Translations under genes and position numbers: made by a program | Notes under the pieces: model-generated | Database searches by the model: none | What the model saw: only the letters and a program-made list of their open reading frames with translations | Told to the model about the DNA's origin: nothing | In this document: positions 26,801 to 40,200 of the stretch, in pieces | How the letters are laid out: each line of letters opens with the position of its first letter | How positions within the stretch are numbered: the stretch's first letter is position 1 | Assembly (NCBI RefSeq): GCF_020745735.1 | Contig: NC_083412.1 | Coordinates: 64,446,320-64,510,319 of the forward strand | DNA: 64,000 nucleotides | Origin: Hemiscyllium ocellatum | Lineage: Eukaryota | Direction: 5' to 3'

Positions 26801-27130
26801 TTCCTTACAGAACTCTTAATAGATTAACAAAACAATGTTCACTTTACCGCATTACCATGATTTTTTCTAATGTCTTTCATAGTAGTTTCTAACAGCTTTC
26901 CTATGACATCTTCTAATCCAATTGGCCTCTAGTTTGTTACTATCTCTCTCCTTTGAAAAACATTTCCTATTTTCCATTCTAATGGAACCTTCCCTGAATC
27001 TACAGAATTGAGGAAAATTAAAATTATGGTATCAACTATCTCGCTTAATCACTTAATTAAAGTCCATTACTAGTTGGGGCTTAATGGCTCACAACTCCAA
27101 GAATTTGCTGAGTACAGCTTCCCTCCTAAG
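23890..27130 (-). mobile_element. Highly decayed CR1-like RT/3' pieces (about 23890-24850 and 25990-27130), interrupted by an RTE fragment
   Basis: Reverse-complement similarity to CR1 RT segments, e.g. agcaaatttggcaacc, gaggtcccagcacc and aaatgccttctggaaat. Confidence 0.55.
25250..25750 (-). mobile_element. RTE-clade endonuclease fragment
   Basis: LQLDGNQWVTIIIAYA..IPLANFNARI..HGLTIRNT resembles RTE APE motifs (ISAYAPT, GDFNARVG, LxITNT). Confidence 0.65.
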
Positions 27131-27815
27131 TGTAATTCCTCCCTCCCTTCCATTTCCTGTATCTGCGGCAAGTCCATGTCTGACTGCTCTTCTTAGAGTG
27201 AAGTGATCATTTTGGTGATTCAATTTTTGATTTCCCCTTCCAGAAAGTAAACAAATGTGCACCTTCCTCCTCCCAGGAGTAAGTTTTATTTTAAAATTCA
27301 GAGCAGCAATATCAATGTTATATCTCAGCGGCTCCTAAAATATTACGGTGGTTCTCCTTTCAGGGCATTCTAGGCTCAGACATTTATGCATTTTTTTTTC
27401 ACATTTGTGCTTTCAACAACAAGGGTGCCAATCCCAATGGGTGCAGTTCCCAGTTGGGGCAAATTGAAATAGCCTACACCTACATTTGAGGCACCTTTTA
27501 TAGCCCATTTCTCAAGTGATGGTTGCAGAGTGGATCTTATAAAAGACTGTTGAGTCATGAATGCTGGTGGGGAGCTACTTCTGCCAAACTTCCAACAGTT
27601 CAGTTACCAGTCAGTATCCACTGCATACATACAGATTTATAATACAAACTGTCAGGTTCAGACTTGCTTTCAATGTTATTTGTATTACAGCTTTTTGGCG
27701 TCCCTGGTGGAGGTCTGCACATCATCTCTTAACATGTGGTCATACACACAGTTTGTAACCATTCAATCTTCGTGAGTTGACAATCTTTATTCAGCGGTGT
27801 GCCAATTAATATGCA

Positions 27816-27947
27816 AGTAAAAAATGAGGTCTGCAGATGCTGGAGATCACAGCTGCAAATGTGTTGCTGGTCAAAGCACAGCAGGTTAGGCAGCATCTCT
27901 GAGATGCTGCCTAACCTGCTGTGCTTTGACCAGCAACACATTTGCAG
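27816..27947 (-). mobile_element. Fold-back mini-PLE (pLTR 3' end plus inverted copy)
   Basis: Perfect 48-bp arms at 27852-27899 / 27901-27948, a 36-nt unpaired tail at 27816-27851, and TSD caattaatatgca at 27803-27815 / 27948-27960. Confidence 0.9.
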
Positions 27948-28590
27948 CAATTAATATGCACACATGCATCATTCACCTCCCTGTTCCACTGTTGATGATA
28001 TTAAAATTTGCATTTTAACTGAGATATTCCATTCAAGATCTGCCCCCCACAGTTTTAGCTGGGTTTTGATGGAAAGATAAGCTATTGGCAGAACCACAAC
28101 TGGCCTACCAACCTGGGACATGAAGACCAGACCAGACTATTGTTGTAATGTAGTAGAGTACTGGTTAAACATTTTTGATTAGCTAATTGCACCGCTTTGT
28201 CTATTGGACAGCATGAAACAAACATATCAATATAGCCAACACATATTGCTTATGGCTATTTTCAGTAATTGTGAACCTAAAAGAAAATCTTCCGATGGTA
28301 GGAGAAGGATAAAACAGAGAGGACTCCAAGATATTTCCCATATGAAATATGCATCAGAAGTTATTACAATGTAATTTAAAAAGCAGTTTATTGCATGAAA
28401 GAGGTAGTTTTAGTAAATGAGATCAGAATAAAAGATCCTGTCAGGAATAGTGACTATAACATGACAAAATTTAGCATTCAGTTTGAGGGAGAGGAATTTG
28501 GATTGAAAACAGCTGCCCTAATTTAATTAAGGATAATTAAAAAGAAATGGGGACATAGCTGGCTGAAGCTTATTTATTTGATTGATTTTT

Positions 28591-30653
28591 CCTACTCCAC
28601 CCCCTCCTTCCTACTGCCCCCTCGACCATGACCAACCCCCCCATCACCAAACCATCATCTCCCAGACCATACAGAACCTCATCACCTCAGGAGATCTCCC
28701 ACCCACAGCTTCCAACCTCATAGTCCGGGAACCCCGCACTGCCCAGTTCTACCTCCTTCCCAAGATCCACAAGCCTGACCACCCTGGCCGACCCATTGTC
28801 TCAGCATGCTCCTGCCCCACTGAACTCATCTCTACCTACCTCAACACTGTCATATCCCCCCCTAGTCCAGGAACTCCCCACATACGTTCGAGACACCACC
28901 CACGCCCTCCACATCCTCCAAGGCTTCTGTTTCCCCAGCCACCAACGCCTCATCTTCACCATGGATATCCAATCCCTCTACACCTCCATCCGCCATGACC
29001 AGGGCCTCCAAACCCTCCATTTTTTTCTTTCCAGACATCCCCAACAGTACCCTTCCACTGACACTCTCATTCGTTTGGCCGAACTGGTCCTCACCCTTAA
29101 CAATTTCTCCTTTGAATCCTCCCACTTCCTCCAGACCAAAGGGGTAGCCATGGGCAGACGTATGGGCCCCAGCTATGCCTACCTCTTTGTTGGCTCCGTA
29201 GAACAGTTGATCTTCTGTAATTACACCGACACCACTGCCCCCCCCCGCCCCACCCACCGCCTTCCTCCGCTACATTGATGACTGTATTGGCACCGCCTCG
29301 AGCTCCCGTGAGGAGGTTGAGCAATTCATCAACTTCACCTTCATAGTCCACCCTGACCTTAAATTTACCTGGACCATCTCTGACACCTCCCTCCCCTTCC
29401 TGGACCTCTCCATCTCCATTAATGATGACCGACTTGACACTGACTTTATTTTACAAACCCACTGACTCCCACAGCTACCTGGATTACACCTCTTCCCACC
29501 CTACCTCTTGCAAAAATGCCATCCCGTATTCCCAATTCCTCCGCCTCCGCCTCCGCCGTATCTGCTCCCAGGAGGACCAGTTCCACCATAGATGGCCTCC
29601 TTCTTTAGAGATCGCAATTTCCCTTCCCACGTGGTTAAAGATGCCCTCCAATGCATCTCATCCACATCCCGCACCTCTGCCCTCAGACCCCACCCCTCCA
29701 ACCGTAACAAGGACAGAACGTCCCTGGTGCTCACCTTCCACCCTACAAATAAACCAAATCATCCGCCAACATTTCCACCACCCCCAAAAAGACCCCACCA
29801 CCAGGGATATATTTCCCTCCCCACCCCTCTCTGCCTTCCGCAAAGAACGTTCCCTCCGTGACTACCTGGTCAGGTCCATCCCCCTTACAACCCACCCTCC
29901 CATCCTGGCACTTTCCCCTGCCACCACAGGAACTGTAAAACCTGCGCCCACACCTCCTCCCTCACCTCTATCCAAGGCCCTAAAGGAGCCTTCCACATCC
30001 ATCAAAGTTTTACCTGCACATCCACTAATATCATTTATTGTATCCGTTGCTCCCGATGTGGTCTCCTCTACATTGGGGAGACTGGGTGCCTCCTAGCAGA
30101 GCGCTTTCGGGAAAATCTCCAGGACACCTGCACCAATCAACCACACCACCCCGTGGCCCAACATTTCAACTCCCCCTCCCACTCTGCCGAGGGCATGGAG
30201 GTCCTGGGCCTCCTTCACTGCCACTCCCTCACCACCAGACGCCTGGAGGAAGAACGCCTCATCTTCCGCCTCGGAACACTTCAACCCCAGGGCACCAATG
30301 TGGACTTCAACAGTTTCCTCATTTCCCCTTCCCCCACCTCACCCTAGTTCCAAACTTCCAGCTCAGCACTGTCCCCATGACTTGTCCGAATTTGTCCTAC
30401 CTGCCTATCTTCTTTTCCACCTATCCACTCCACCCTCTCCTCCCTGAACTATCACCGTCATCCCCTCCCCCACTCACCCATTGTACTCTATGCTACTTTC
30501 TCCCCCCCCCCCACCCCCCTCTAGCTTATCTCTCCACACTTCAGGCTCACTGCCTTTATTCCTGATGAAGGGCTTTTGCCCGAAACGTCGATTTCGCTGC
30601 ACTTTGGATGCTGCCTGAACTGCTGTGCTCTTCCGGCACCACTAATCCAGAAT
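28591..30653 (+). mobile_element. Penelope-like element, 5'-truncated (RT and GIY-YIG), nested in an old CR1
   Basis: FYLLPKIHKP, PGRPIVS, TMDIQSLYTSI, QTKGVAMG..MGPSYA, FLRYIDD and GIY-YIG IIYCIRCSRCGLLYIGET, frameshifted. Ends at taatccagaat with no tail. Confidence 0.93.
30557..30593 (+). ncRNA. Minimal hammerhead ribozyme motif in PLE terminus (core intact)
   Basis: CUGAUGA (30562-30568), extra A, stem II gggc-tttt-gccc, GAAACGUC (30582-30589) with palindromic ACGU stem III. Stem I is short. Confidence 0.7.
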
Positions 30654-32022
30654 TAACATTTGAGAGCTCTGTCCCAAAGTCTGAAAGGAGTTTAGCAGCA
30701 AAGACTATCAATAAACAACAGCATGCTTTGAAGAAAATAGTTAGTTCATTGCTCACAGCAAAGACATTTCTCAGTAAGGAAGGAGGATTCCCAGAAAGGC
30801 AAACCTTTGGTTCACATTAAATACAAATTACAGTGCCAAGGATTACATACAAATTGAAAGAGAAACATACTATGTGTCAAATATTGTAAGTAAACAAGAT
30901 AATTGGGCAAGTTTTAAAAACTAATAAAAGATGACAAACAAGGGAGAAAATACGCTTTGAGGGTAAACTAGAAAGTAACATCAAAATGGATAGCAAGTGC
31001 TTGTTTAAATATATAAAATGAAAGCGAGAAGCCAAAATGAACATAGGCCCAGTTGAGAGCGAGGTTAGGGAAATAATTGTAGGGAACCAACAAATGGCAG
31101 GGGCATTGAACAAGAAGTTTATGAAGGGAGAGAGGTAGATGGCAAATTATAAGCCAGTTAGCCTGACCTTGGTCATTGGTAAAATTTTACAATCCATTAT
31201 TAAGGATGAAATTGTGAAGTGCTTGAAAGCACGTGATAAAGTAGGACTGAGTCAGCACAGCTTCACCATGGTGAGGTTATGTCTGACAAATCTGTTAGCA
31301 TTGTTTGAGGAGGCAGTGAGCAAGTTAGACAAAGGAGAGTCAGTAGCCATGATCTATTTGGATTTCCAGAAGGTCTTTGACAAGGTGCCACAGAGGAGGT
31401 TGCAAAGTAAGAGCTTCTGGTACTAAGGGCAAGTAAATGGATGGAGGATTTGCTGACTGGCAAGGCAGAGAATGGGGATAAAGTGGTCTTTTTCAATATG
31501 GCAGCCAGTGACTAGTGGAGTTCTGCATGTCTACAACTATTCATATTAAACATATTAATAATTTGAATGAAGGAACTGAGGGCATCTTTGGTAAGTTTGC
31601 AGATAACACAAAGATAGGTGGAGGGACAGGCAGTGGGGAGGCTGAAGAAAGACTTGGACAGGCAAGGAAAGGGGAAAGAGGTGGCAGGTAGAATATAACA
31701 TGGTAAAATAAGACAGGTTATGCACTTTGGTAGGGTGGGAAAAGGCTTCAGAAATCTGAAGCACAAAGGGACTTAGGTGTTCTAGTTCAGGATTACTCTT
31801 AATGCATGTTCAGTTGGCAGTTAGGAAAGCAAATGTAATGTTAGCATTCATTTCCAGAGACCTAGACTATAAGAGCAGGGATATATTGCTGAGGCTGTAC
31901 TGGGGTTAGATCATACTGAATTTGGAGTATTGATAGCAATTTTGGGCCAAAGGATGGATATGCTAGCTTTTGGGGGTGGGGGGGGGGGGGTGTTAGGGTT
32001 AAAAGAAGATGCACAGAATTAT

Positions 32023-32365
32023 GGGGCAGCATGATGGCTCAATGGTTAGCACTGCTGCACACAGTGCCAAGGACCCAGGTTCAGTTCCACCCTTGGGAAA
32101 CGGTATAGAGTTTGCATGTTCTCCCAATGTGTGTGTGGGTTTTTTCCAGGTCCTCTGGTTTTCTCCCACAGTCCAAAGATGAGCTGGTTAGGTGGATTGG
32201 CCATGCTAAGTTGCCCATAGTGTTCAAGGATGTACAGGCTAGGTAGGTTAGCAGGTAATTGCTTCGTTACAGGGATGGAGTGTGTCTGGGTTTGATGCTC
32301 TACGGAGGGTTAATACGGACTTGATGGGCCAATGGCTTGCTTTCACTCTGTAATGATCCTGTGAA
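32023..32365 (+). mobile_element. tRNA-derived SINE, diverged
   Basis: The head tggctcaatggttagcactgctgc...ggttcagttcc and the body are homologous to 12529-12840. Confidence 0.8.
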
Positions 32366-32899
32366 ATGACGGCTTGACATATGAGGAGCAGTTGAGGACT
32401 CTGTGTCTGTAATCATTGGAATTTAGAAGGATAAGGGGGTATTCTGATTAAAATCTATAGAATACTTATAGGCCTGGATACAGTGGATGTGAAGATGTTT
32501 CCACTAATAAGACAGTAGGTCCGAAGAGCACATCCACGGAGTGAGCGGATGACCCTTTAGAACTGAGTTGATGAGGAATTTGTTCAGCCAGAGGGTGGTG
32601 GATCTGTATAACTCATTGCCACAGAAGACTATAAAAGCCAACTGAGTCTCTTTAAGATGGAAATAGATAGGTTCTTGATTAGTAATGGGATTAAGGGCAA
32701 TGGGGAGAAGGCAGGAGAATGGGGTTGTGAAACACATGAGCCATGATTGAATGCAGAGCAGTCTCAAAGGGCCAAATGGCCTAATTCTGCTCCTAGGGTC
32801 CAATCAAAAGTTATAGGTGCAAAGGTAGGGTACTTGTGAGCACAGTTACTCTTTGGCACTTAAGGATTGATTCTGCGATTTCAGAAGAATGCAGCTGCT

Positions 32900-33260
32900 T
32901 GGCCTTGTTGAATTACTGAAATGGGAGAATTGTTGGTAGATAGCCAACAACTTTTCCCTTTGGTCCGGGAGTCTGCAACTAGAGGGCAGAGGTTTAGGAT
33001 GAGAGATACAAGAGTCCAGAGGGGCAGTTTTTTTTTCACACTGGGTGTGGCAAGTGTCTGGAACAGGCTGCCAGAGGTAGTTGTGGAAACGAGTACAATG
33101 TTGTCATTTAAAAAATATTTGGACAGGTACATGGATGGAATAGATATGGACCAAATGCAAGCAAATGGGACTAGTTTGTGAAAACTGGGTGGCATGAACA
33201 AGTTGGGCCAAAGGGTCTGTTTTCACGGTGTTCTACAGAATGAAAACAGATCCTTTGGCC
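32900..33260 (+). mobile_element. CR1 3' end fragment
   Basis: TRGQRFRMR..FFTLGVASVWNRLPEVVV..FKKYLDRYM, typical of the CR1 ORF2 end. Confidence 0.75.
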
Positions 33261-33504
33261 CAACTTGTTCATGAGATTGCTCCAAACTTGAAGGGTTGTG
33301 CATTTGGACAGAGTAGATTTGATAGGGGTCAGCCAATCTTCATATTTTAACTTATGTCCTCTGTGCAATTTGGCCTTGCAGAGGAATCATAATTAAGGGA
33401 GTTTACTGGGCATGGTGACAAAAGCTTCATGTAAGAAAATATTATTGATTTGTTTTAACACAACAGTCTTTAATGTTTTTAGATGCTATGGAAGAAGGGG
33501 TGAT

Positions 33505-33690
33505 GGTTATCAGTTGTAGCTTGGTTGGTATCACTCTCACCTCGGAATGATAAGATTCTGGATTCAAGTCCAATGCTATACCATGAGCACAAAAATCAAG
33601 GCTGCCACTCCAATGCAGTACTAAAAGGAGTGCTGCAATATCAGAGGTTCCAACTTTCAGATAAGATTGAAAAACTGAGGTCCAAATAGA
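33505..33690 (+). mobile_element. DeuSINE-like (SacSINE/AmnSINE-type) remnant
   Basis: tRNA-like head followed by gagcacaaaaatcaagctgccactccaatgcagtactaaaaggagtgctgca, which resembles the Deu core as I recall it. Confidence 0.5.
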
Positions 33691-34681
33691 GGATGTAAAT
33701 GCGTTTAAGGCTGTCAGAGAAGGTTTTCTGGATGATAACTGGAATAGGTAGATTGTCTTATGAGGAAAGGTGGCGCAGGTTAGGCTTATATCCACTGGAG
33801 TTGAGAATAATAAGAGGCAATTTGATTGAAATAAAAACATTACAGGTCTTGACAGGGAAGATATGGAGGGGATATTTTTGCTTATGGGAGAATCTATAAC
33901 TAAGGCTTACTGTTTAAAATCCATGAGTTGCCCGTTTAAAAATGAAATTAGGCAAAATATTTTCTCAAAGGGTCATGAGCCTTTGGAATCCTATTCCTGA
34001 AAAAGTATTTTTAAGGCTAGGTAGATTCTTGTTCAGCAACGGATTGAATGGTTATCTGGGTTAGTCGGAACGTAGGTTTGAGGTAAATGGCTGAGTCGGA
34101 TTTGACCTGCTTCTTGTTCACGGAAAATATCTGGGCAATTTCTACATCATTTGTAGGGCCAGTGTTGTAGCTGGAAGAATTTGGCCAAGGGTTCAGATAC
34201 TTCTGGAATATACATCAACACTATTACCAGGGTGCTAGCAGGCCCCCATATCCTTTGCAGTATCCATTGCCTTAATAAGATACATATCATGTGGAGGAGA
34301 CAAAATTGGTTTTACACTAGCATCTCTGACACGGAGGACATCTGGCTGAAAATGGACACTAGTTTTCAGCTTTGTCTCTTGCATTGATGTGCTTGGCTCC
34401 TCTATTGTTGAAGATGTGGATATTTTTGGAGCCTCTGGTTACTGGTAATTGTTCGATTATCCAAAATATTCATGACAGATATAGCAGTATTGCTGTGTTT
34501 AGATCTGGTCATTTGATTGTGAGATCACTTAGCCATGTCTATTGCATGCTGCTTCCATAGTTTGGCAGGCAAGTCATCCTGTGCTGTATTTTCACCAAGT
34601 CAACACTTCATTTTTAGGTATGCCTGGTGCTGCTCCTGGTATGACCTTCAGCACTCTTCATTGAAGGAGGATTGATTTCAT

Positions 34682-34950
34682 GACTTAGATTAGATTCCCT
34701 ACAATGTGGAAATAGGCCCTTCGGCCCAACAAGTCCACACCGACCCTCCGAAGAGTAACCCACTCGGACCCATTTCCCTCTGACTGATGCACCTAACACT
34801 ATGGGGCAATTTAGCACAGCCAATTCATGTGGCCTGCGGAAGGAAATCCACACAGACACGGAGAATGTGTAAACTTCACAGGCACCCGAGGCTGGAATCA
34901 AACCTGGGACCCTGGTGTTGTGAGGCAGCAGTGCTAACCACTGGGCCACC
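34682..34950 (-). mobile_element. tRNA-derived SINE with internal deletion
   Basis: Reverse complement of the SINE at 12529, with the tail ttagattagatt at the left end. Confidence 0.85.
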
Positions 34951-34994
34951 GCAACTTGATGGTAATGTGTGAATGAGCAATAAGCTGGGCCATT

Positions 34995-35310
34995 AGATTA
35001 GATTAGATTCTCTAAAGTTTGGAAACAGGCCCTTCGGCCCATCAAGTCCACACCACCCCTCCGAAGAGAAACCCACCCAAACCCATTCCCCTACCCTATA
35101 TTTACTGCTGACTAATACACCTAACACTGTGGGCAATTTAGCATGGCCAACTCACCTGACCTCCGCATCTTTGGATTGTGGGAGGAAACCAATGCACCCA
35201 GAGGAAACCCACGCAGACACAGGGAGAATGTGCAAACTCCACACAGGCATCGAACCAGGGACCCTGGTGTTGTGAGGCAGCAGTGCTAACCGCTGAGACA
35301 CTGCTGCCCT
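34995..35310 (-). mobile_element. tRNA-derived SINE
   Basis: Reverse complement of the SINE at 12529, with tail (gatta)n at 34995-35010. Confidence 0.85.
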
Positions 35311-36515
35311 AGGTTAGATAGTGACTGAGTAGAATTCAGCTGCTGGCGATGGCTCAATGCTTCAGGGATGTTCAGTTTAGAATTGCTAGATCTGTTCAAA
35401 GCCTGTAACATTTAAGATGGTGGTAGAATTACACAACAGAGTGGAGGGTATCCTCGACTGTGCGGGAGGTCACCCTACTGCTGTCATGGACAAATGCATC
35501 TGCAACAAGTAGATTGGCGAGGGAGATGTCAAATAGATTTTTCCCTCGTTTAGTTCTGTCACCACTTGCTGTAGACTCAATCTAGCAGCCATGCCCTTAT
35601 TAACTTGGCTGATTTGGTCAGTGGTGGTGCAACTACTATGTTTGATGACAGTATCTGGGACATTGTAAGGTATGATACTGAGAGTATGACTAGTCTGTGA
35701 GATAGTTCCTTCAATTTTGTCAGAGGACCCCAGAGTTTTGTAAAGAGGATCTTGCAAGGCTGGGATGGCTGTGATTCCCACTGCTGTTTCTGCTGCCTGG
35801 ATTGATACAACATGGTCAGTCTGGTTTCATTCCTTTCTTTAGATTTTGTAGTGATTAGATAAAACTGATTGACTTGCTCGGCCATTTCAGAGGGTAGGTA
35901 AAATTCAACCCCATTGTTGTGGGTCGGAGTCACCTGCTGCTCAGACCAGGGAAGGACAGCAAATTTCCTTCCCTATCAGGTATTAGGGAACCAGATGGGT
36001 TTTATGATAATCACATTGCTTACATGTTGACTTTTTGGATAGCCTTTAATTCTACATAGAACTGAATTAAAATTTCACCATTGCCTGTCGCAGAACTGTA
36101 CAAGATTTCTATTGAATATATATATTAATATCCAGTTCCAGACACTGTGCATAATTAGTATCCTTGCCAAAGTGCTTCTGTTTAAAAAGGATAGCCATCA
36201 ATGACCCCCTGCACATTGAGGAATGTGTATATAATGATGATTTTGGGTATATTATGGTGTGCAATGTGAATGAAGCATTGCCCATTCTGACTACTATAAT
36301 TCATCTATTTGATGTCTGTGATTTGGATTGTTGTAGATGGTGCTGTTCTGGTAAAAATAAATCAGTTTTAGTGCTGTCTACACCTTACTTTAGAAGTTAA
36401 ATTCAAAAGCCTGGGTAGTACATCATTTTCCTAGGTGATAAATAGACTGTTTAAGCTTAGCTTTTAATGTTTCTGCAAAAAAAATTAACTGCACAAAAGG
36501 TAAGCAGAAATAAGT

Positions 36516-37206
36516 GACACTACAGGTGACCCCACTGCACTACACACACACACTCACACACAAACTCCTACAGACCCAGACACTCATGCACAAGCTCCCT
36601 CTCATACACTCACACATACACTTGCCCCCCCCCCCGCCACACTGCACCCTCTCACAGACTTGTACCCCTTTACACTCACACAGATACACACTTTCTCAGA
36701 CACTCACAACCACCCCTCCCCACCCACATTTAAGTTTGTGGGGTGAATCTGTACTTGCAGAATTACATTTATTTTGCTCAAAACTGAATCCATGTAAGAT
36801 TCCGTAAATCCTGTTTTTAGAAATAGAATCAGTCTGAACATTGGGACACCTCACAGCGTCAATGCATTATTTGAGCTGACATAGCACCTATTTTTAAAAT
36901 TTACTTGAGAATGTAACTTTTTAAAAAAAAATTCTGGGATTTACATATGAAAGAACAGAAACCAACATGGTCATTCTAAAAGATAAACAGACTTATACAA
37001 TCCAGGTCTTTTTCAATGCATCATCTCAATTGCTTCACACTGTAAACCTTTGCTAAAAATTCTGTCTTACGATCTTATGCTCCACAGCCACCTGATGAAG
37101 GAGCAGCACTCCGAAAGCTAGTACTTCCAAATAAATCTGTTGGACTAACCTGGCGTTGTGTGATTTTTAACTTTGTACACCCTAGTCCAACACCGGCACC
37201 CCCAAT
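36516..37206 (+). mobile_element. Penelope-like element 3' portion (different family), with CA-rich segment
   Basis: Ends in a hammerhead-bearing terminus. TSD cagaaataagt at 36505-36515 / 37207-37217. Confidence 0.8.
37089..37123 (+). ncRNA. Minimal hammerhead ribozyme motif (core intact)
   Basis: CUGAUGA (37092-37098), extra A, stem II ggag-cagca-ctcc, GAAAGCUA (37113-37120) with palindromic AGCU stem III. Confidence 0.65.
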
Positions 37207-40200
37207 CAGAAATAAGTAAGTTTCCCATCAATATTTAAGTCATATTTTTAATGAATCAAGACGCCATTACAAAAATGAATACAAAATGATTAGATAAAAT
37301 GACCACATTACAATACAAAAAAATCTAGCTGCAATGGAAATCTTTCATGGCAGTTATCGAAGACAGCTTTAACTGCAATTACTCACTACACAATGGAACA
37401 GATTTTGAAAAGGGAAGTTAAAAACCAAAGAGTACCTTAATGCAGACAGAAGCAATATTGTTAAATTTTGCATTTCTAATACAATTGAGCAGTTCACCAT
37501 GAATACCTATCGCTGTGTATCTGGTTTCATAATAAATTAGAAAAATAGGCTCTTGTTTGAATAGATATTTTTAAATTAAAGGGGTAGGGAATAAATTAAC
37601 ATCTTAAAGCTCAAATATTTATCGCATGTACAGCAGACCAGACTAGTAGCCATTTAACATGACCTTAAAATCAGGCAGCATCATGTAAAATCAGAAATAT
37701 TTGCAATAATCTAAATCAGTCTTTTCTTTAAAAAAAATCTTAAAATTTCAAAGAATGTTGTTGTCACATCTTGATTGGGAAGGATGGAAAATGGTCTTCA
37801 GTTATAGATGTTACCAGCTAATTTAGACCAGTTTGTTTTGCTGGCTCCTGAGTTGAAACATCCAATATAGCTTCCTAGTTCCAGTTCAAACTTTCACCTA
37901 TATGCTGGGTGATTATTTATCTATATTTGATTAACCAGTTTTCTAAATAATGTATTTTTACAGTATCTATGTTAGGGAAGCAAGATCATCCCCAACAGAG
38001 AGATATTTAGTTAAATGACCAGAGGAAAATATAGTTAGAAATCTAAATAACAAATGAGCAGAAAAAGTAAAACCTGTAAAATCTGAATTATAGATTCTTA
38101 GTTTGACAAGTAATTTAGATGACTATATGTACTAATTTCATTGCTATCCAATGAAATACTGAATTTTAAATTAATCTCTGCAACTACATAGTGATATTAT
38201 CATAGTTAATAACTACTAAATGTTTTAAGTGTTGGAAGAAATAAGCTATTTCTGATGCCTCAAAAAAAAAGACAATTCAATTGCTTCATAGCTGACATCA
38301 AATCCAAATACTGTTGTTGGTTCAGGCATTGTTCAATATGTTCAACCCCTTAAAGATTAAGTAATTTCCCAGAAATTCACAACAAAAATACTTTTCTAAA
38401 GTCATCAGTAGTACACTAAAGGCCCCTTAATCATCAAGATTTGACTTAGTGACTTCCAGTTAAATGTATACAAATGTGTTAGAAAATTGAATATACACTT
38501 TAAAAATATACAACTGAAAAGATTTACATTGTGTACCCATGTAATTCACGAACGAAGAAAACCTAAGACTAAACACGGCATAATATGTAAGACCAGAAAT
38601 AAACAAAAACACCAAAAAAAATCAAGTTGCTAAATTTGTCAAAGTGTAAAATTTAATATCCTGACAGTTAGTTCTTACAGTGTTCCAAAGGTTATTCTTC
38701 GAACTTCTGAGTTTATCATGAGCCAGAAATGATACTGTACATTGTACGTTCATAAAATTATACCAGTACACAGCAATATACAAATCAATGCTTAACAATA
38801 ATGCCTTATTGTTGCAATGTGTCAGTAGAAAATTACAATGATATATGTATTCACACCAGTTTATCCTCAAAAATATTCACACAGCATAATGTTGCATTCC
38901 TGTCTTCCAACCATAAAGGCTAGAACCATGTTAAATTTTCCATTACCACTCTTTAAAAGGGTTATGCCACTTGGTGTATAAAAACATTCACAGTAAAATG
39001 TCACACAGTTAGTTGTTGATTGAACTGAAACTGGTGCATTAGTAATAAAAACATATCAACCTGTGATGTAACAATTCTGAATCCCATTGAGTCAGGATTA
39101 AAATATATGCATAGGCCTTGTTTATTTAAATGTGGTAAAATGGTTATGTAAAATTGTTCCTAATTTTGCATCTTTCATATTCACACAACATTTATTAATA
39201 CTTCTGAAATTTCTTCAAAACCATTTTAAATGGAGGTGAATTGACCAAATAAAATATATAACGGTCACAATAGCTAACTAAATTTACTAGTCTTTCCTGT
39301 TATTCTTGAATCTAGACTATGGTGATTAACTGCCTATTTGTAAACTTTCTACTAATCAACTGAAACTGATGTACATCTAGAGGCACCAAAGGGGAAAATC
39401 AATGGTAAAGGCAATTTGCTTTATCATATTCATATACATTAGGTCTCTGTGTGCAACATTTCTAATTTTACCATCAACTTTTACCTTGGTAATAACTTTT
39501 TTTCTTAGAAATTAGTTAAAGTTGCTAGTTGCCAAAGTTGTACACTAGACCTTTTAAACAAGTTTTAATCGTTCTGGAAGTTACTGATCAGTGGTTCATT
39601 TTAATATTATGCACCCTGGCAGAATTATTCCATTTGGATTATTTTAAAATTTCTGGTAATAACAACAGAACTTGAGAACTACACTTATTTTTCCTATTTA
39701 ATAAAACCAATTCTCTTGAACATTACTTCACAAAAACAGTGAAGATATCCTACATTTGGATGGAAAAGTATTTAGATCAGCGCTATAGAACAAATATTGA
39801 AGATAATTGTTATAATCAAATTATTCAAAAAGCATTTTTATATCATAGCAACATATATTCATTGGGGCAGACATTCCCAGATGATGAGGAAACAAGGGAA
39901 ACTAATAGTCATAAAGCATGAGAAAATACGTTCTGGACAAACAGAATTGTTGATATACCCAAGTGTCAACACACAAAGGAATAAATAGCAAAATAGACAG
40001 TTAACAAAATAGGAGATTGGAATAATTTATCAAGACCTTAAAATCAAAGACTAAAATCTAGGCCAGCTCATTTTCAGTTAAAATAATAAGCTATTACTTA
40101 ATGCCAATTAAGGAGAACCCCAAGTGCACATCATTTAAATAAATGGTTGGACTAGATCTCTGTACAAGGTGTACAGTAACGCTTTTACACTGCCGAACAG

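Larger units (their letters stand above)
28430..32700 (+). mobile_element. Old CR1 LINE remnant hosting the PLE (28591-30653) and a SINE (32023-32365)
   Basis: NYKPVSLTLVIGKILQSII, QHSF and IYLDFQKVFDKVP motifs, plus a decayed 3' region. Confidence 0.7.
34180..36050 (-). mobile_element. L2/CR1-superclade LINE remnant (APE region) interrupted by two SINEs
   Basis: Minus-strand TTTDQISQVNKGMAARLSLQQVVTELNEGKIYL resembles the endonuclease C-terminal block (T..G...LDL). Confidence 0.55.

Noticed and set aside
31972-31991. Long G-run (possible G-quadruplex)
   Set aside because: It is a homopolymer within decayed CR1, with no context suggesting function.
36540-36720. CA-rich low-complexity ORF (97 aa, His/Thr-rich)
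   Set aside because: It is part of the PLE 3' region bounded by the TSD and is compositionally biased.
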